A stretch of DNA of 64,000 nucleotides from Pavona decussata (Eukaryota), in the NCBI GenBank assembly GCA_977016875.1, contig CDRNST010000084.1, positions 1,674,001 to 1,738,000 on the forward strand. The letters are read 5' to 3'. A program made the translations under genes and the position numbers. The stretch's first letter is position 1. Every line of letters begins with the position of its first letter. The notes under the pieces were generated by a model that was not told the origin of the DNA, searched no databases, and saw only the letters and a program-made list of their open reading frames with translations. This document shows, piece after piece, positions 27,601 through 41,240 of this stretch.

Positions 27601-30600
27601 AGACTCAAATTTATGATCAATTCTGAAGGTTTCGCGTTTTTTCACTCGCGCAATACTGTATAATTTTCTTGTTATGGAGAAATGCGTTTCAGTTTAAAGG
27701 ACAAAATAGAATCTACAATGGAAGGTTTTGCTCATAGTAAAGATATTTTGAAGAAAAAATTTAAAGACAACGAAGGATGTGATATTCATGGACCAGAAAA
27801 AAATTGAGATCCAGTTCCAAAGTTCCAAAGGTAACAAACGAGAAAATCTAAAAATAAATGTCTTCAGGGTTATCTTCAACCTTTCATCCACCCCCGAAAG
27901 AAATAACCTTTAACTCACCTTTTTAATGGGGACGAAAACAAAACGGGAAAACAATGCACACATTGTCTAGTTAATGCATCAGCCATTTCCAACAGTAAAC
28001 CATACCAATCACATCCCCCGTCCCCTCCCCGAGCCAAATGGCCCATGGTAAAGCCAAAAAATTTTTTGATTTCTTAGTTTCTGGGCAGAACCTTACTTCT
28101 GATCGAAGCTAAGAGCGAGAGTAACTGCTCGTTCTGTGCACCTACCATCTCATTTCGTTCTCCTTAGATAAATGGAAGTGACAGCGCTGTAAAGTGAAAA
28201 TCACGAGACCGTCATCCGTTTAATGTCCCGGGGAGGTGGTCAAATAACGGTAGGTCTCGCAGACTAATCCCCAGTCACCCGGGCCGGACAATGACGAAAA
28301 TTGCCCTACTAATGCCCGGGAGGGGGGGGGGGAGGGAAAGAAGAGGGAGGGGAGAGGGGTAGAGGGGATAGGCACTACTGGAGTTGACATGGCTAAGTAA
28401 ATATATTTGACGGAAATGTGTTTTTGTCGTTGATGTTGTCTCTTTCCGGATGGGTGCAAAATTAAGCTTTTTTTGTTTGTTTTTTCTTCCACATTTAGCA
28501 CAATTAACTTTACCGATCAAATGTGAATCACCATCATCGGACGGGTGGGCATTTAAAGAGGATGGGAATTTCAAGAGAGTCCTTGTTACGCTTTTTGCCT
28601 CCCTATGTCAATAACGAGAACGAAGCCTGCGCTGCACGCAAACAATGGATCACTGACCAGACAAAGGATTTAACCACTGCTTCCGCTAACAGAGAACTTT
28701 GATCTCTGGCAAAAGTACAAATAAACTATTTTGGTTTCTTAAATCGTCTTCACTGACTTAGAGAATTTATCACACTTGAGACTACATTCAAGCTTGAATG
28801 GTCACTCTTTAGGCCAGTTTTAGAGGGAAAGGAATACACCCCTTCTGTTGTCAGAACTTATCAATGGAGTTGTCGATAAACCGTGCCGGAAAACACTAAC
28901 CGCGCTTATTCGGCACGTGCGAAAACCTTTCAACGATAATAAACGTGGCAACCTTTATTTGGATCAAAAACACGCAAGGATATTTTTCTTGGTCCGATTA
29001 TCTGGGTACCTTGAAGGTCACGGTTCGCTTGCGGAAAACCGCACGCTTCTCCAAACAGAGAATTTCCAAATACTCGCTCCTATTTTTCTGCCAAATAAAG
29101 GTGATTAGTGCACGAGGAAAAATATACTCTGTAACAGGCGTTCACATGGTGGAAAGCGGCGCGAAAAAAATTGCGATGCGCGCGTGCGAACAATGAAGGT
29201 GAGCCCGCACTTTTCTTCGCGCGGCTAGAAAACTATGGCGAATATTACTTTGTGAGGCACAAGTTCCATTTATTAAACTAATCTTGTTTTTTTTTTATTT
29301 TTTTTTTATTTCCGTCATTTAATTGTTACATGAAACTGTAAAGAAAAGATATACAATCAACGTCTGCATTTTTATATCCTTTTTTGGGTAAACATTTTTC
29401 AAAGCATTCTTGTAAATAATCTGGTATACCAATAAATAGCGATAATATAGAGAGACATGCAATCTCCACAAATTATGTGCAGGACTTTCAAGAAATCGTT
29501 CACTCTTATAACTACTTCATATTGTGTGGGGCTAACAATTTTTTGGAAGGCTTTTAAACAAACATGAGTGAATTTAACCTAAGAATGTCCCCACAGAATA
29601 AAATGTTAGATTAGAGACTATTTCGATAATTTGCTACTCAGTTTTGCTAATCATTTTGCCGCCGTATCAGTTAATTCTTTCACTATATTAACGAAAGGTT
29701 TTTAGAAGCAGTCTGCAGGAAAAAACATTTACCAAGCTCACGTGCTATGGCGCTATCCAGCAAAATGAACATCCTAATTCCATTAAATTGTAAAAAATCT
29801 ACAAAAAAGAAAGACTCACCCTTCCTTGGTGAGTATAACGGAACAACGGACCAAATTTAGAAATCTTCCTATTTACAAAAGTAACAACGTAAATCATGAA
29901 TGTTGAAGTACACAATATATAACCTAGAGGAGATATTCCACCATCTGGTACAGTTTTCTCAAAACACGTGGAAGGGTAACGTCGTGGACTATGATAAAAT
30001 TAATCCAAATAAAAGCAAGGTATTCATTATGCACTGTGCATGCTACAACACAAATGTTGGGTAGCAATGTACCCCACACTTAGTCGATGAGGATTTCGTG
30101 TTGGTAATAGTTGTAGTGTTTTGCAATGAAACGTTTATAATCTTCTTAGTTTCTGTTCGTGTTTGATCGAAAATTATGGCGAAATTTCACCTGGCTAATT
30201 TTGCTCAATTTTCGCGAATGAAAGACTCTAAGAACATAACACACTAGATTAGTATGTTTTTATGATCGGTAAAAATCGACAACAGCGTCCTTAAGTAAGA
30301 AGTTAATTTTAACGAACATGAACAAGTAACATAACTTGAAATAAAACTAATGAAAGTATATACTATTCTTAAAATACCAAGATTGAAATATGGAATAGAA
30401 CAACTTTACGATCATTGAAAGTTCAATTTCTAGTTCTGAATTTGTTGGGTCAGTTTTTGTAAATTAGTAATTATAAACTGATAGAAATTTACAAAGTTAT
30501 CATTCTAAAACATCCCGGATAAAAAAATCGTGGTGCAGTGGTGCAGATTAATAAAGTTAAATGGGATGTGAGATAAATATCATCTTGTATTCTTTACAAT

Positions 30601-30620
30601 AATCAAAACTGTACCACTGT

Positions 30621-30889
30621 TCAACAGATTGTTAAATCCATCTGATCCGCAATGTTATTCTTTTTTGGTGGCATTCCGCCTCGTACTCTCTTCCATTTCA
30701 TTCTCCTGTTCTGAAACCAAACCTTTACTTGTCTCTCTGTTAAATCCAAGCTGACCGCCACCTCGTATCGCCTCAGTCTTGTCAGATAATTGTTTCTGCC
30801 GAACTCTTTTTCCAGCTCGTGAAGTTGGTACTTGGTAAATACTGTTCTTTCCTTTCGAGACTTGCCTTTCGTTCCCTCTGTCTTTTCGT
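30621..30889 (-). CDS. Mox: Exon 2 (homeobox 30860-30681) of Mox paralog 3; spliced protein 209 aa
   Basis: Acceptor TTTGCATTTTTCTAG|AC. Manual translation: [89 protein letters not shown]. The ORF track shows only a wrong-frame ORF here. Confidence 0.95.
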
Positions 30890-30979
30890 CTAGAAAAATG
30901 CAAACGGATACGTTTTACCACCGAGTTCTTTATTTGCGTGTGTGTGGGGTTTTTTTTTTCGGACACAAGTTTCATCAGG

Positions 30980-31160
30980 TATAGACCCTATGCAAAAATA
31001 GCGCGGGATATTCTTTTGTTTGTATTCAAATTAGCCCTACTTAACTCGTTCTTGAGTTCGAAAGTGAAAAGAATGTTTACCTTGAACAAGGCTAGTCGGG
31101 CTAATTTGAATGCAGACAAAAGAATATTAAAATATCAACAATTTCTGCATAGGGCCTATA
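30980..31160. mobile_element. MITE in the paralog 3 intron, ~90 bp from the acceptor
   Basis: TIR TATAGACCCTATGCA / TGCATAGGGCCTATA. Confidence 0.65.
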
Positions 31161-33747
31161 CGTGCAACTCGCAACAGAAACCAACTGGCAATCAATAGCA
31201 TGAAATTATTATGAAGTTTAGATACAGAAGGTTATTTCCTAAGTAAATCGTACTAAAACTTGTAATTTTATACATTTGAATAACTAACTTAAGTAATGCC
31301 ATGTATAGATATGGAAATACCTGAATAAATTGTTGTTGTTGTTGTTGTTGTTGCTTAGAATAATTGTCTACATCTAATTTTCAGAGCAACGAAATAACGA
31401 TCTGAAAGGCTAAATGACAACAGACACAAGTGCTTGCACAATATAATGGATAAGCTCTAGTGCAGAGAGGAGAAAATTTAATCCATTAATCTGACACAAA
31501 CAAACACCATGACTGGCAATCGCTGTACGTTCACAAACTATTTCTTTAAGATCTCTTCCATCAAAATGCTTTAGCTTCTATGCCGAGTTCTAACTGCTTT
31601 GAATATCCTGAATTTATGATTTGTATTCAGACAATTGTCTCGGTTGCTTCGGCATGGGCCTGGATTTCATCTAACTAACTAAGTAACAAAATAGCGCTAT
31701 AACATGGACTGATTATAACACGTGCAGTCTATAGCTGTCGCAAAAAATACGTCACTTTTGTTTTGATGTGGTGAGCCCCTATTCCGCACTAAGAGTGCGA
31801 CCAAAATCTTGCTTCTCACTTTTGATGTTTTAAAATTCTCTCTAACTTCGTAGAAGTGTATTGCCATAAACGTGCTATGGCACGAGCTAGTTGGTGATAA
31901 AGATTGTCTAGATCAGTTGTCTGAATTTTAGATGTGGTCAGATGAACTGGATGATATCAAATTCTCCCCAGTTTTCGAAGGAAAACAACACTAGCTTCAT
32001 GCTGTGGCCTCGTGTGGTCGATTTAGACTTCAATCCCAACAAAGACAGGAAAAGACTGATTAACATGCCCTGACTTAGGAGCCTGGAGTTAGACCAGAGA
32101 TTTAAAAATTTTGTTCGACAAGGGCTACCTAGCCATCTGGTTATTTCACCAGCCAGTGCAATCTTCAATCTCGTTTTAAAATATAAAATCCCTTGCATTC
32201 TTACTAACTTACTATTTTAGGTTTAATGGTACTGCAGTGGTTTAGCTGCACACAAACACAGAAAGACTGGCTAATTTTTTTTTCCAAACCAATGGAGAGT
32301 TAAATTTAGAGAATTGTTTCGCATCTATTTAGCTGGAGGCCCTTAGGAATATAAATTCGGCATCATGAAAGCTGTTTTCTGAACGCATTTGCCATGGTTA
32401 AGTTTTCTCTAAAACAATTGAGTTCCAAACTGTTTTAGCAATATTATGTCACAGTGTAACATGGATTTTCACCCAAGTAATCAGTTATAGGCAGATTTTC
32501 CAGAAACGTCCCACATATTTTCCCAGAGAGATAAGTTGTTCAGTATTAAACTCCATTTTACTGACGTGTTTCGTGTTGGTTCAGAAGGTATAAATTACTT
32601 TCGAAAAGTAAAACTTGCGCCATCCACTAACTTTCTTTAGTAAAAAATCTTAGTAATGAAGCCAAAAGCTCAGTAGACCTCTCAGTAGCGTGCAGTGTTC
32701 AACATAAATTATGTGCCCCGGTTTGAAAAGCTATTTTAAATACCGAAACGGTCCTATTCCACTCCGTCCTCTCAGCTGTGTAAAATTGCACCAGACTTTT
32801 CGCATGAAAACAAAAGAGAGAACTAAAAGTTCTTGTCGTGATCAACCGTTATATATACCAGTCCAGTAAATGGTTATTTGGAAGATAAATGTCGCGGTGA
32901 TAATTTTGACATAAAAATCTGACATCCGATTCTTACCATTTCCTCGGCGATCTTTGGATACATGAGTGACGCATGTCTAGTTAGGGTGGTTCCTTTGTGT
33001 AGACATTTGGTACCCCAAAAATACTCGAACAGTGTGGAAATAACTCGATTAAGACAAGCGAGTTTTATTTACGAGTAACCCTAAGGGCTTCCCGAAATAA
33101 TGAGACAATTTCCTTGACAATTTTTGCCAGTTCATGATCATCCGGCCCTTGCATGCCAACGCACAAAAACTTCGCAGAAAATTGTATTGTTTTTTTTAAA
33201 TGATATTTGTTCTAAAAAAAAGAAATATTTTCCATAGGTTGCTGAGGCTAGACAGCGCGGTGTATTCCTAGAAAACGTTCTGCAAGATGTTGGCATCGAC
33301 GACAGTTGTATCACGGCATAAACGCGCGCCCGCTCCATGGCGCGATTGGGACGATTGGCAGTTGAAAAATTTTACGCTGTATATTGTACACTAACAGTAC
33401 TTCAATTTAAATTTGGTGCAATCTTTAAACGAAGTAGCTTTACGAATTCAAACATACGATAGCCAAGTACTGGTTTTAGGATAGTGTACTCGGAAATAGA
33501 GGTAAAGCAAAACACCTACGTATTGTGTTGACCATTATTTTCTCATTACAAAGATTGTAGAAACCCCGGAGTATACTTGAAGCAATCAAATTTCAGAACG
33601 TACTCCAATAATAATTAACAGTTCACAAGGTCGAGTTAAACCAACATTTTAAATAACAGATACAGGAAATTCATAAGTAAGTCTGAATTAAATACACCAT
33701 GTAAAACCGATTGCGTTTGTATCGACCTACGCAGTGGGTCATTTTAC

Positions 33748-34108
33748 CTTCGTCGCTTAGTTCCTCAATGATCTTGTCCACGTTGCACGATTTTTTAAGT
33801 GGCTCGTCGTTGAAACCTCTGATGGAGTGCGTGTTTGATGGTGGAGTTGGAGGAAAGTGATGCAGCGTTCTTGTGTAGTTGTCAGGCTTTGAGGGCGTGT
33901 TGTCTGCGACCATTCTCATACTTTCCACTCTGGCGACGTTTGGTACCCGCTCGCAAGGAGGAAACCTTGGTCCATTGTGCCCCGTATGGAATCCATAGTT
34001 TGGAAAGCGATAGCTGCAAGAGGTATTCATCTCAGGATTTCTGTACGCATAAGTGCTGGGATACGAAGGCGCCTGATAGGCGAAATTCGTCGAGTAAAAA
34101 TCGTACAT
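33748..34108 (-). CDS. Mox: Exon 1 of Mox paralog 3
   Basis: ATG at 34108 (MYDFYSTNF...), 120 codons + 1 nt, donor GAA G|GTAAAA; phase matches the acceptor at 30890. Confidence 0.88.
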
Positions 34109-34162
34109 AATTGTATTGGCTCTCGCGACTCGATCTACATGGTATTGACGGCGGCATCGCTC

Positions 34163-34169
34163 TTAAATA
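34163..34169 (-). promoter_or_regulatory. TATA-like box of Mox paralog 3
   Basis: TATTTAA about 55-60 nt upstream of the ATG in a GC-richer context. Confidence 0.4.
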
Positions 34170-36648
34170 AGCCACCCTTAGTGGGGATCTGTCATCGCGG
34201 AAAAAGATCTACTTCACTCTTTGGTGTCGCAGTCTTTGAAGTTTGCAATCCATACCCCAAGTTGTCCATCAAAAAGCGGCTTTTTGCAGTCGGAAGATGG
34301 CGATGCGTCATGTATTCCGCACCGACGTTTAGCAGATAGGGGGAGTGAGCCTAGGAAATTGATACAATCGCCGCCATTTTCCTTTTACGATTGTTTTGAT
34401 CATCTCTTGTACTCAAGAACACTCTTGAGAAATCTCACTTTGTGTGCTTTGGATAATTGCTTTCGAATGGAGCTCTATTGTTTTATTTGTCACTTTTCTA
34501 CAAATATTGAAGATTGTTTATGCAAAGAGCAAACCATTAGAGGTGTTTATTTATTCTTGCTGTTTTTGGCCTGGGGTGCGTTCCCACGCGCTCGATCGTA
34601 AGCGTTAGCCCTCCATAGCTATTAGAGCAGAACTTTACGTTTCTTTCAATTCTCGCTGATTACGACTTGACGAAATGCCACATTCTCAGACAAATCATAA
34701 CTTTACACCGCCTCGCAACACTTTGACCCGCGATAAACACAGCACAGCCATGCATACCGGGGAACGTCTCACCACAGATGTAAAGTCTCATTGTACTACA
34801 AAAGAAACCGCCGAGGGGGCTGAGAGCGCAGCTTCCTTCTCATCTGGAAATATTTATGTGACGTGCGGAGCAGGAGAAGACCAGAAGAGTCAGCACATCA
34901 CGTACGACGCCATTCTTGACAGCCGAGTTCAAAACAATGGAGTAACATTAAGCCAAATCACAACACCAAAGGTTAGCGAAATGGAAGCAAAGGGCAGCGC
35001 GCGCGCTCGCTAAAGAAACAAATTCAGTTTATTTCAAGAGGGCATTTTAAGACCGGAAGTTGTTTGAAACAGTACTCTTGAAACCACTTGATACTCCTGC
35101 TAATTGCATTATAAAAACCTTGAGGAAAGCCGGCATCTGAGCAATTTTTTTATACCCCCTAGATACGCGCTGTTATCTGGCAGAAACGTTTTCAGACGGA
35201 CTAGTTAATTTATTAGCCACTGTTTGCGAATTTGTCGCGAAAATTAAATTGAAAGTTCGACCTCAGGCTGAGGCTCGGTTTAAGAACTCACACGGTGTGA
35301 AATATTTCCGGTCATGTCACGCTTTCTTTTCACGCATTATTTTGGACGTTTCTTAACGTTTCCTGGGTTTCATCGGCTCCTTTTATTTCTAATTACAATG
35401 GAGATAAATCTGGGATTGATAACAGGTGATAGACGTGTCGCCAAACTGCTCAAATTGCCCGCAGTCCTGGGAAATGTCTTCAACCGCGAAATCGTGCCTC
35501 ATCTTGTGTTGACTAATTCCGTTTAAAAGCCTGCTTGTTCTTGAGTATCGTACTGACAAACACTGTCCGGACGTCTCAAACATAGAGCTGCTGCAGCTAC
35601 TGCAGCTAATTCACAGGCTCGAGTGCAACGTTCCGTGTTCCTTGCGGAGATTTTCTCGTCACAGCTTTACGTGTCAACTGCCCGTCCCCCTGCTCAAAAT
35701 GTTTGGTGTTCCGGCCAAGAAAAACGAGGAAATGGCAGCTTTTAACGTCTTTAACGGAGGCTAAACATACCGGCTTTTATGTGGCGCGAGAAAGGACGAG
35801 AAAGAGAAATGACGAAAAGCCCTTCTCTTTCATGTGGAGCGAAAACTTGAAATGACGAAAACTTACGTAAGGAGCACATTTTAGAGGAAGGTTTTAAAGG
35901 GTGTTAAGTGATCAGGGAAATTGTTCTAATGTTTCAAACATTAGAACAATGTGGAACATTGGAACAAAGTGACGGGAAATAGGTCAATACGTGTCTTTTC
36001 TTCCTTTAATCGGGGACCTCACGAAAACGCGACGGCGACGGTAACGACAACGCCTTAATGAGCAAAAACAATCGCTCTGCACGTGCGTTTTAAATTTTAA
36101 CTACATTTCTCTGCCGATTAGGGAGCTTTAGCAACGACGACGGTGACGGCAGCGAAAATGTCACTATTAAAATGTATTCGCGTTTTTTGAAACATCCTCG
36201 CGATTATAAATGTAGGTGAAATTTTCTGGAGTTGAATTCTTGGAGACCGCACCCTAGTTTAGAAAGAGTCAGAAAAATTCGTCGTGTCAGTTTTGTCTTC
36301 CCTAAAAAGTCCCATCAAGAAATTCTGATTTCACGTCCTAGTTACGAGTGCGGATACGCGGATGCCGTATGGCAAAGGCCTGTGAACAGGCTCCCAAGTG
36401 GGGTCAAGGGCGAAGACAAAAATCGAGCTCGAAGAGAAGGGGGAGAAAGAAAGGGAGCTTTCTTTCTTCCTCGCCCCATACCGCGCTCCGCTCGCCCGGC
36501 TCGCCGAATTTTCTTTTCGCCCTAGCTATACCCCACATGGGAGCCTGTTCACAGGCTAGATGGCAAAGAAACTGGAACCAAAAAGTGTCATGCACGTGCA
36601 GAGTTGTTGTTTTGGTACGTTATTAAGCCTCTTGTTTTCTTGACGTTC

Positions 36649-36650
<2 letters not shown>

Positions 36651-36697
<47 letters not shown>

Positions 36698-36716
36698 TGT
36701 TGCCGTTGCCGTTGCC
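36651..36716. repeat. (GTTGCC)n array within a MITE subterminus
   Basis: Read directly from the sequence. Confidence 0.9.
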
Positions 36717-36737
36717 TTCGTCGTTGCTAAAACTCTC

Positions 36738-36876
36738 TATAGAGCGTGTGCACGGCGCGGCCATGTTGGAGCTAAAACAATAGAAGATATTTGCATGAAA
36801 ATAGAATATATTTTCCAAAGGAAAATCATTGTATTGTTTCGGTCCTCCAACATGGCCGTCGTGCTCACACTCTATA
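36738..36876. mobile_element. 139-bp MITE, copy 2 (opposite orientation)
   Basis: Same TIRs and interior as 23241-23379, reverse-complemented. Confidence 0.8.
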
Positions 36877-37319
36877 ACGTGAAATGACCAAATTCAAGGT
36901 TTTGTTTAGAACGTTAGTTCGCACAAGACGGTGAATTTTTCATTCTCCAGTCTTAACTTGAACGCCACTCCTACCAATTTGGTTCCTGGGTAGTTTGTCG
37001 TTTGTGAGAAGTTGAGCGAGTTAATATAATCACAAAGTAGCACAAATGAAACAGAGTTATATTTTCAAATGACTTTTTCGTTGGCTTTACCGTCTTGCAT
37101 TCGTAAGGTCGTAAAACGTGGTACGGTCTGCCCAGTGCGTACACAGCGGAGAGGCTAGGCTTCACTGCTAGGGACAGTGAAATTAAATTGAAAATATTTT
37201 TTTAAGAGTCGCAAGGATGTACTGTGAATCGAAATTGAAGGGCAGCGTGAATTCAGGATCCAAATATCAAAAAAGACCGAAACTATTTCATAAACAATCA
37301 ACACCACGAGAATATACAC

Positions 37320-37610
37320 TTCTCTTCTTTAGATTTGAATGGTCAACGTGAGCGTGGTTTCACGTTATCTAGAACACCCTTCAGAACATAGCAGAAAACT
37401 ATCAGTACCACAGGAAAGTACAGCTTAATAGCTTTAAAAGCTTTCATGTGATCATGAATGATCACACTTTAGAATTTCATCTACAGACTCAAAAGTTAAA
37501 ACAATCTTGTAGAGCACAATAAACAGCACCGCAGGAAAGTACTGCTTAGTAGCTTTCATTTGAATGGTCACACTTTTATAGAATTCAGTCGTCCGCAGAT
37601 TCAAGTAAAA
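37320..37610 (-). repeat. Dispersed satellite-like repeat (~105-110-bp unit); related copies at ~346-510, ~14080-14280 and ~59446-59605
   Basis: Recurrent GGAAAGTACTGCT.AGTAGCTTTCATTTGAATGGTCACACTTT or its reverse complement. Confidence 0.65.
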
Positions 37611-40255
37611 CCATTCGATCACCTTGGCGATAATTCAGAGATACTTTGGGTAAAGAAGTGCTGCTCTGTCCCGTAAACAGGGTTTGATTTTGCCTTACGT
37701 CGATGCCGATAATTTATTTGTGAGATGGTATTATAGAGTCAAAAAGTAGAAGTTACATCAAATACAATAGGAAACAATATTTTATTGTTGAGTTGTCATT
37801 TTCGAAGGGTCGCTACTTTCGGGTGGGCCGTTACTTTCGGAGTTTAATAGAAAGATAAAGAACTAACGTTACTTTCGGGAGCCGTTACTTTCGGAATTCT
37901 AAGGTATCATCAAATAAGAGAGTACCTTCCAGAAAAGGAAGAATCTGTTACAAATCAAGTTCGGCCCGTGAATAACCAATGGTGGTGTAAATAGACAAGT
38001 GCTAGCCTTCAACGGAGAACTTTAATTTCTAAACAAAGACGAGTGTGGGCCACGGACAAGATAAACGTTTCCCTTTTAACGCTTTCTTGTAATTTCTAAC
38101 ACCATGGCATCTGTGTTTATTTGGAAATCCATTGCAAACAAAAACAAGATATTTCCTTTGCTTAACAGAAACGAAAACACAGCGCAATCTCGTTTCCAGA
38201 GCGTTTCCCTTCATGTCATTTACAAGGAAAAAGGCTTGGGAACTAGTTTGAACTTGGTTAACAAAACTGGGACATTGATTTTCGCGTCGTTGTCCGTGTA
38301 AGGCTGTGTTTAAGTTCACGGTAATGTTTCGTCGGCGTCTACGTTCACACTTCAGTAATTCACTCAAATCAGTAAACAAACTTCTTTGTTACAAGGTTTT
38401 ACTATCCAACTCATTATTGGATAACAGCGCGAGACGAGAACGAATACCCTGCGATATGGTTCGGTTACTTGTAAGTAGAAAACAAAGCAAAAACCGGTTT
38501 GCTCGTCCTGTTTCGGTTTTTCTCATAAAAGGTTTAGTTGGGTAATAAATCTCTTATCAGGTGTTTTGGTGTAAAGTATCGCTGTACTCGTTGTTTGTAT
38601 TTTGGTTCGCCCAACGAGCTTGTCAAAATATGGCACAACTCGAAAAATATACAGCGGTACTGCACACCAAAACATTTAATTGTTGACCTTGACCGTGGCC
38701 ACAATTTAACCCCGCCAAAAAAAAAACGCTAAAAAACAAGAAAAGTACGTCAAAGATAAGAGCTCAATGATGATAATTTTTTTTGTGAGTCTGCGAATGT
38801 ACTGAATCATTTTAGAATATATTAAAAAAGTTTCAGGAACCATTCATGAGTGAATTGGTTTTCCGCATGTCTCACATTGAAATAGAAAAACAAAGACACA
38901 CAGTACCGCTTTAAAAAACTTCAACTTTTTTAGTAAATCATAAAACGATTTAGTAAACTTACAAATTCACAAAAAACTCATCTTATCTTCAGTTTGACGG
39001 GCTTTTCTTCTTATTATTTATTTATTTATTTTATTTTATTTTTTTCGTTCGTGGTTAAGACCACAATACAGACAATAGTGTTAGTAGTGTTGGAGGAATT
39101 GACCATAAATAGAAACATTTCTTTTAACTGCAGTGTTAGTGAATGGTAGCGGTCTCTGTGATGTTTGATTGACACTTATGAAGTTATGGACTGACGATCG
39201 GTTTTCTGTACATGAGGTGTGAATGGGCTATCAAAAAAGGAAATCACCTCGACCCCTAATACCGTGAATTATTTCCTTTTGTATAGGAAAATATTTGATT
39301 TATTGCCATATTTCCAGAACGTGCGAACCAGGCAAAAACAAACTGCGAAAGAATGGCATACATTTGCAGCTTTTGTTCCTGGAAATCTAGGCTTCATGCG
39401 TTGTATTTTAACAATTTTTAACAGTAGCCGGGTTCTAAGTACAGTAAGTACGACATGCTGGCATGAAAAACATTTAAAGCCTGCAAGAAAACATTTAAAT
39501 CGCCAAACCTGAGAGCCTTTAGACACCAAAAATAGACTAATTATCCACACAAAAAAAACACCGCAAAAATTTTATCACTTTAGAAACGATTTCAACTCAT
39601 CAGACATCTAATCTAAAAAACACTTCATGGTCAGCTCTAATACCCCCCAAATCTCGTTTGAACTAACAAATGTGGATATTAACTATTTTGATATACATTA
39701 ATCTGAAGATCCATGTGTTGGAAACTACGCTTGTTAACACAGGGTGCATATACCAATGAGTAGATTATGCATGCATGTGGTCTTTTGATGCACGCTCTGT
39801 CTTTTAAAATTGTACGTGTTTCAGAGCTTAATCTGCAGCCCAAATCCCCGGATTTCTGTCAACAGAGGCTTGTCCAAGAAGAGGATTATGGTGAGGAAGT
39901 TAAAGTAGCCGAAATATTTTAAGACTTAAAAGAAGTAATTTTTACACTTTCTGTCTTCCAAATATAGACCTGTTTACGTTTTAACCAAACTTTTAACTAG
40001 CGAGAGTTTTTTCGTTCGCGTTGGAATTGTATAAAACGGAGATTAAGTAAAGCAGATTTGTCCTCTTTTGGCCAGCGTACACAAGTCGTCTGAAGAACGA
40101 AATATGCATATGACGCACAGCGCAAGCCAAAATTCCCCGCGTGTAAGGTTAAGAGTCACCGGACGCAACTTCTTCTTCCTCCTTCTCTCCTAGAGAATTT
40201 TTCATACTATGTGAGTACAGTATAATAATATTAATAAATTTCTACAGTGCCATTT

Positions 40256-40782
40256 AGGGGTATGGAATCGGTCTTTGCCGGCGAGCATTCCCGAGCATGC
40301 GAGCACGAGCAGTGATCAGCTTTGTTTTGCGAGCAGCGAGCATTTTAGAAAAAGACAACTCAGTGTAAGCAGCGAGCACTTCGTAAATTTTCCTCGGTTT
40401 TGTTTTTTTAATTTCGCACGATTTTTTTTATGAGAATGCACCTAGAAGTCTAAGTGACAGCTCCACAATACACAACACTTTTACCTCTATGTTAACTTAT
40501 GTTTTTGTTCTGCTTTCAACTGAACTTGACAGCCAGATTCATAGGATTTTACGCAGAGATAGAATTAGTTCGGTCTGTACCCCCCTGAAAAACCTACAAA
40601 GCACGATTTGCGTAATTTCGAGCAATCTACCTTTAACAAGACCAAGAATCCGAGCATGCGAGCAACTGCGAAAATTTTGCGAGCACGAGCAAGCGAGCAC
40701 TCGTCTAATTTTTGCGAACAAATCTAGCAAAGGCCAAATTTTGCGAACACTAGGTAATTTTGAGCGACCACTCGATACCCCT
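40256..40782. mobile_element. Non-autonomous TIR element with 6-bp TSD and subterminal CGAGCA repeats
   Basis: TIR AGGGGTATGGAATCGGTC / GACCACTCGATACCCCT; CCATTT duplicated at 40250-40255 and 40783-40788. Confidence 0.75.
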
Positions 40783-40877
40783 CCATTTCACAAGGATCCA
40801 ATGGCGCTTTACAAAATTGCTATTTAATTAAATCTACAATAATGAATAGTAAAACTAGAATAACAAATTCTTAATAG

Positions 40878-41240
40878 TACACTATTGCTTTTATAAGAAC
40901 GTCTAATTTTGGGGCTGAGGCTGAAGGTTCTTTTTTTTGGCAATTTAAGCCTGAAAAGTTCTTAATATGTTGTTATTCAATTTGTTATAGTATTTCAATA
41001 AATCTATGCGAACGTGATCAAGGTGCCTATTATTTGGGTCAATTGGACAATATAGACTGGAATTTTTCATGTATTATTTTATCCGTATTTATACTGTTCA
41101 TTTTAAAAATATTGGTTGGAATAAAAATGTTCTAAACTGGCTCTCAGCCTGGGTAATGTTCTTAATATGTTCTTAAATTATAAGTTAATCTCAGCCTCGA
41201 CGCTCTTATAAAAAAGGTGCTTACATAAAAAAAGAGTGTA
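40878..41240. mobile_element. MITE with TACACT...AGTGTA ends
   Basis: Imperfect TIRs and internal GTTCTTA repeats; no TSD seen. Confidence 0.5.

Larger units (their letters stand above)
36012..37112. mobile_element. Nest of MITEs: outer 36012-37112, inner 36119-36739, innermost 36378-36558
   Basis: Paired ends GGGGACCTCACGAA/TTCGTAAGGTC, TAGGGAGCTTTAGCAACGACGA/TCGTCGTTGCTAAAACTCTCTA and GCCTGTGAACAGGCTCCC/GGGAGCCTGTTCACAGGC, the last flanked by repeated ATGGCAAAG. Confidence 0.7.

Noticed and set aside
30655-30975. 106-aa minus-strand ORF in the track
   Set aside because: It is an alternative frame of the paralog 3 homeobox exon plus intron.
40085-40115. CTGAAGA-AC-GAAA hammerhead-like motif
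   Set aside because: No stem II, and G at the cleavage position.
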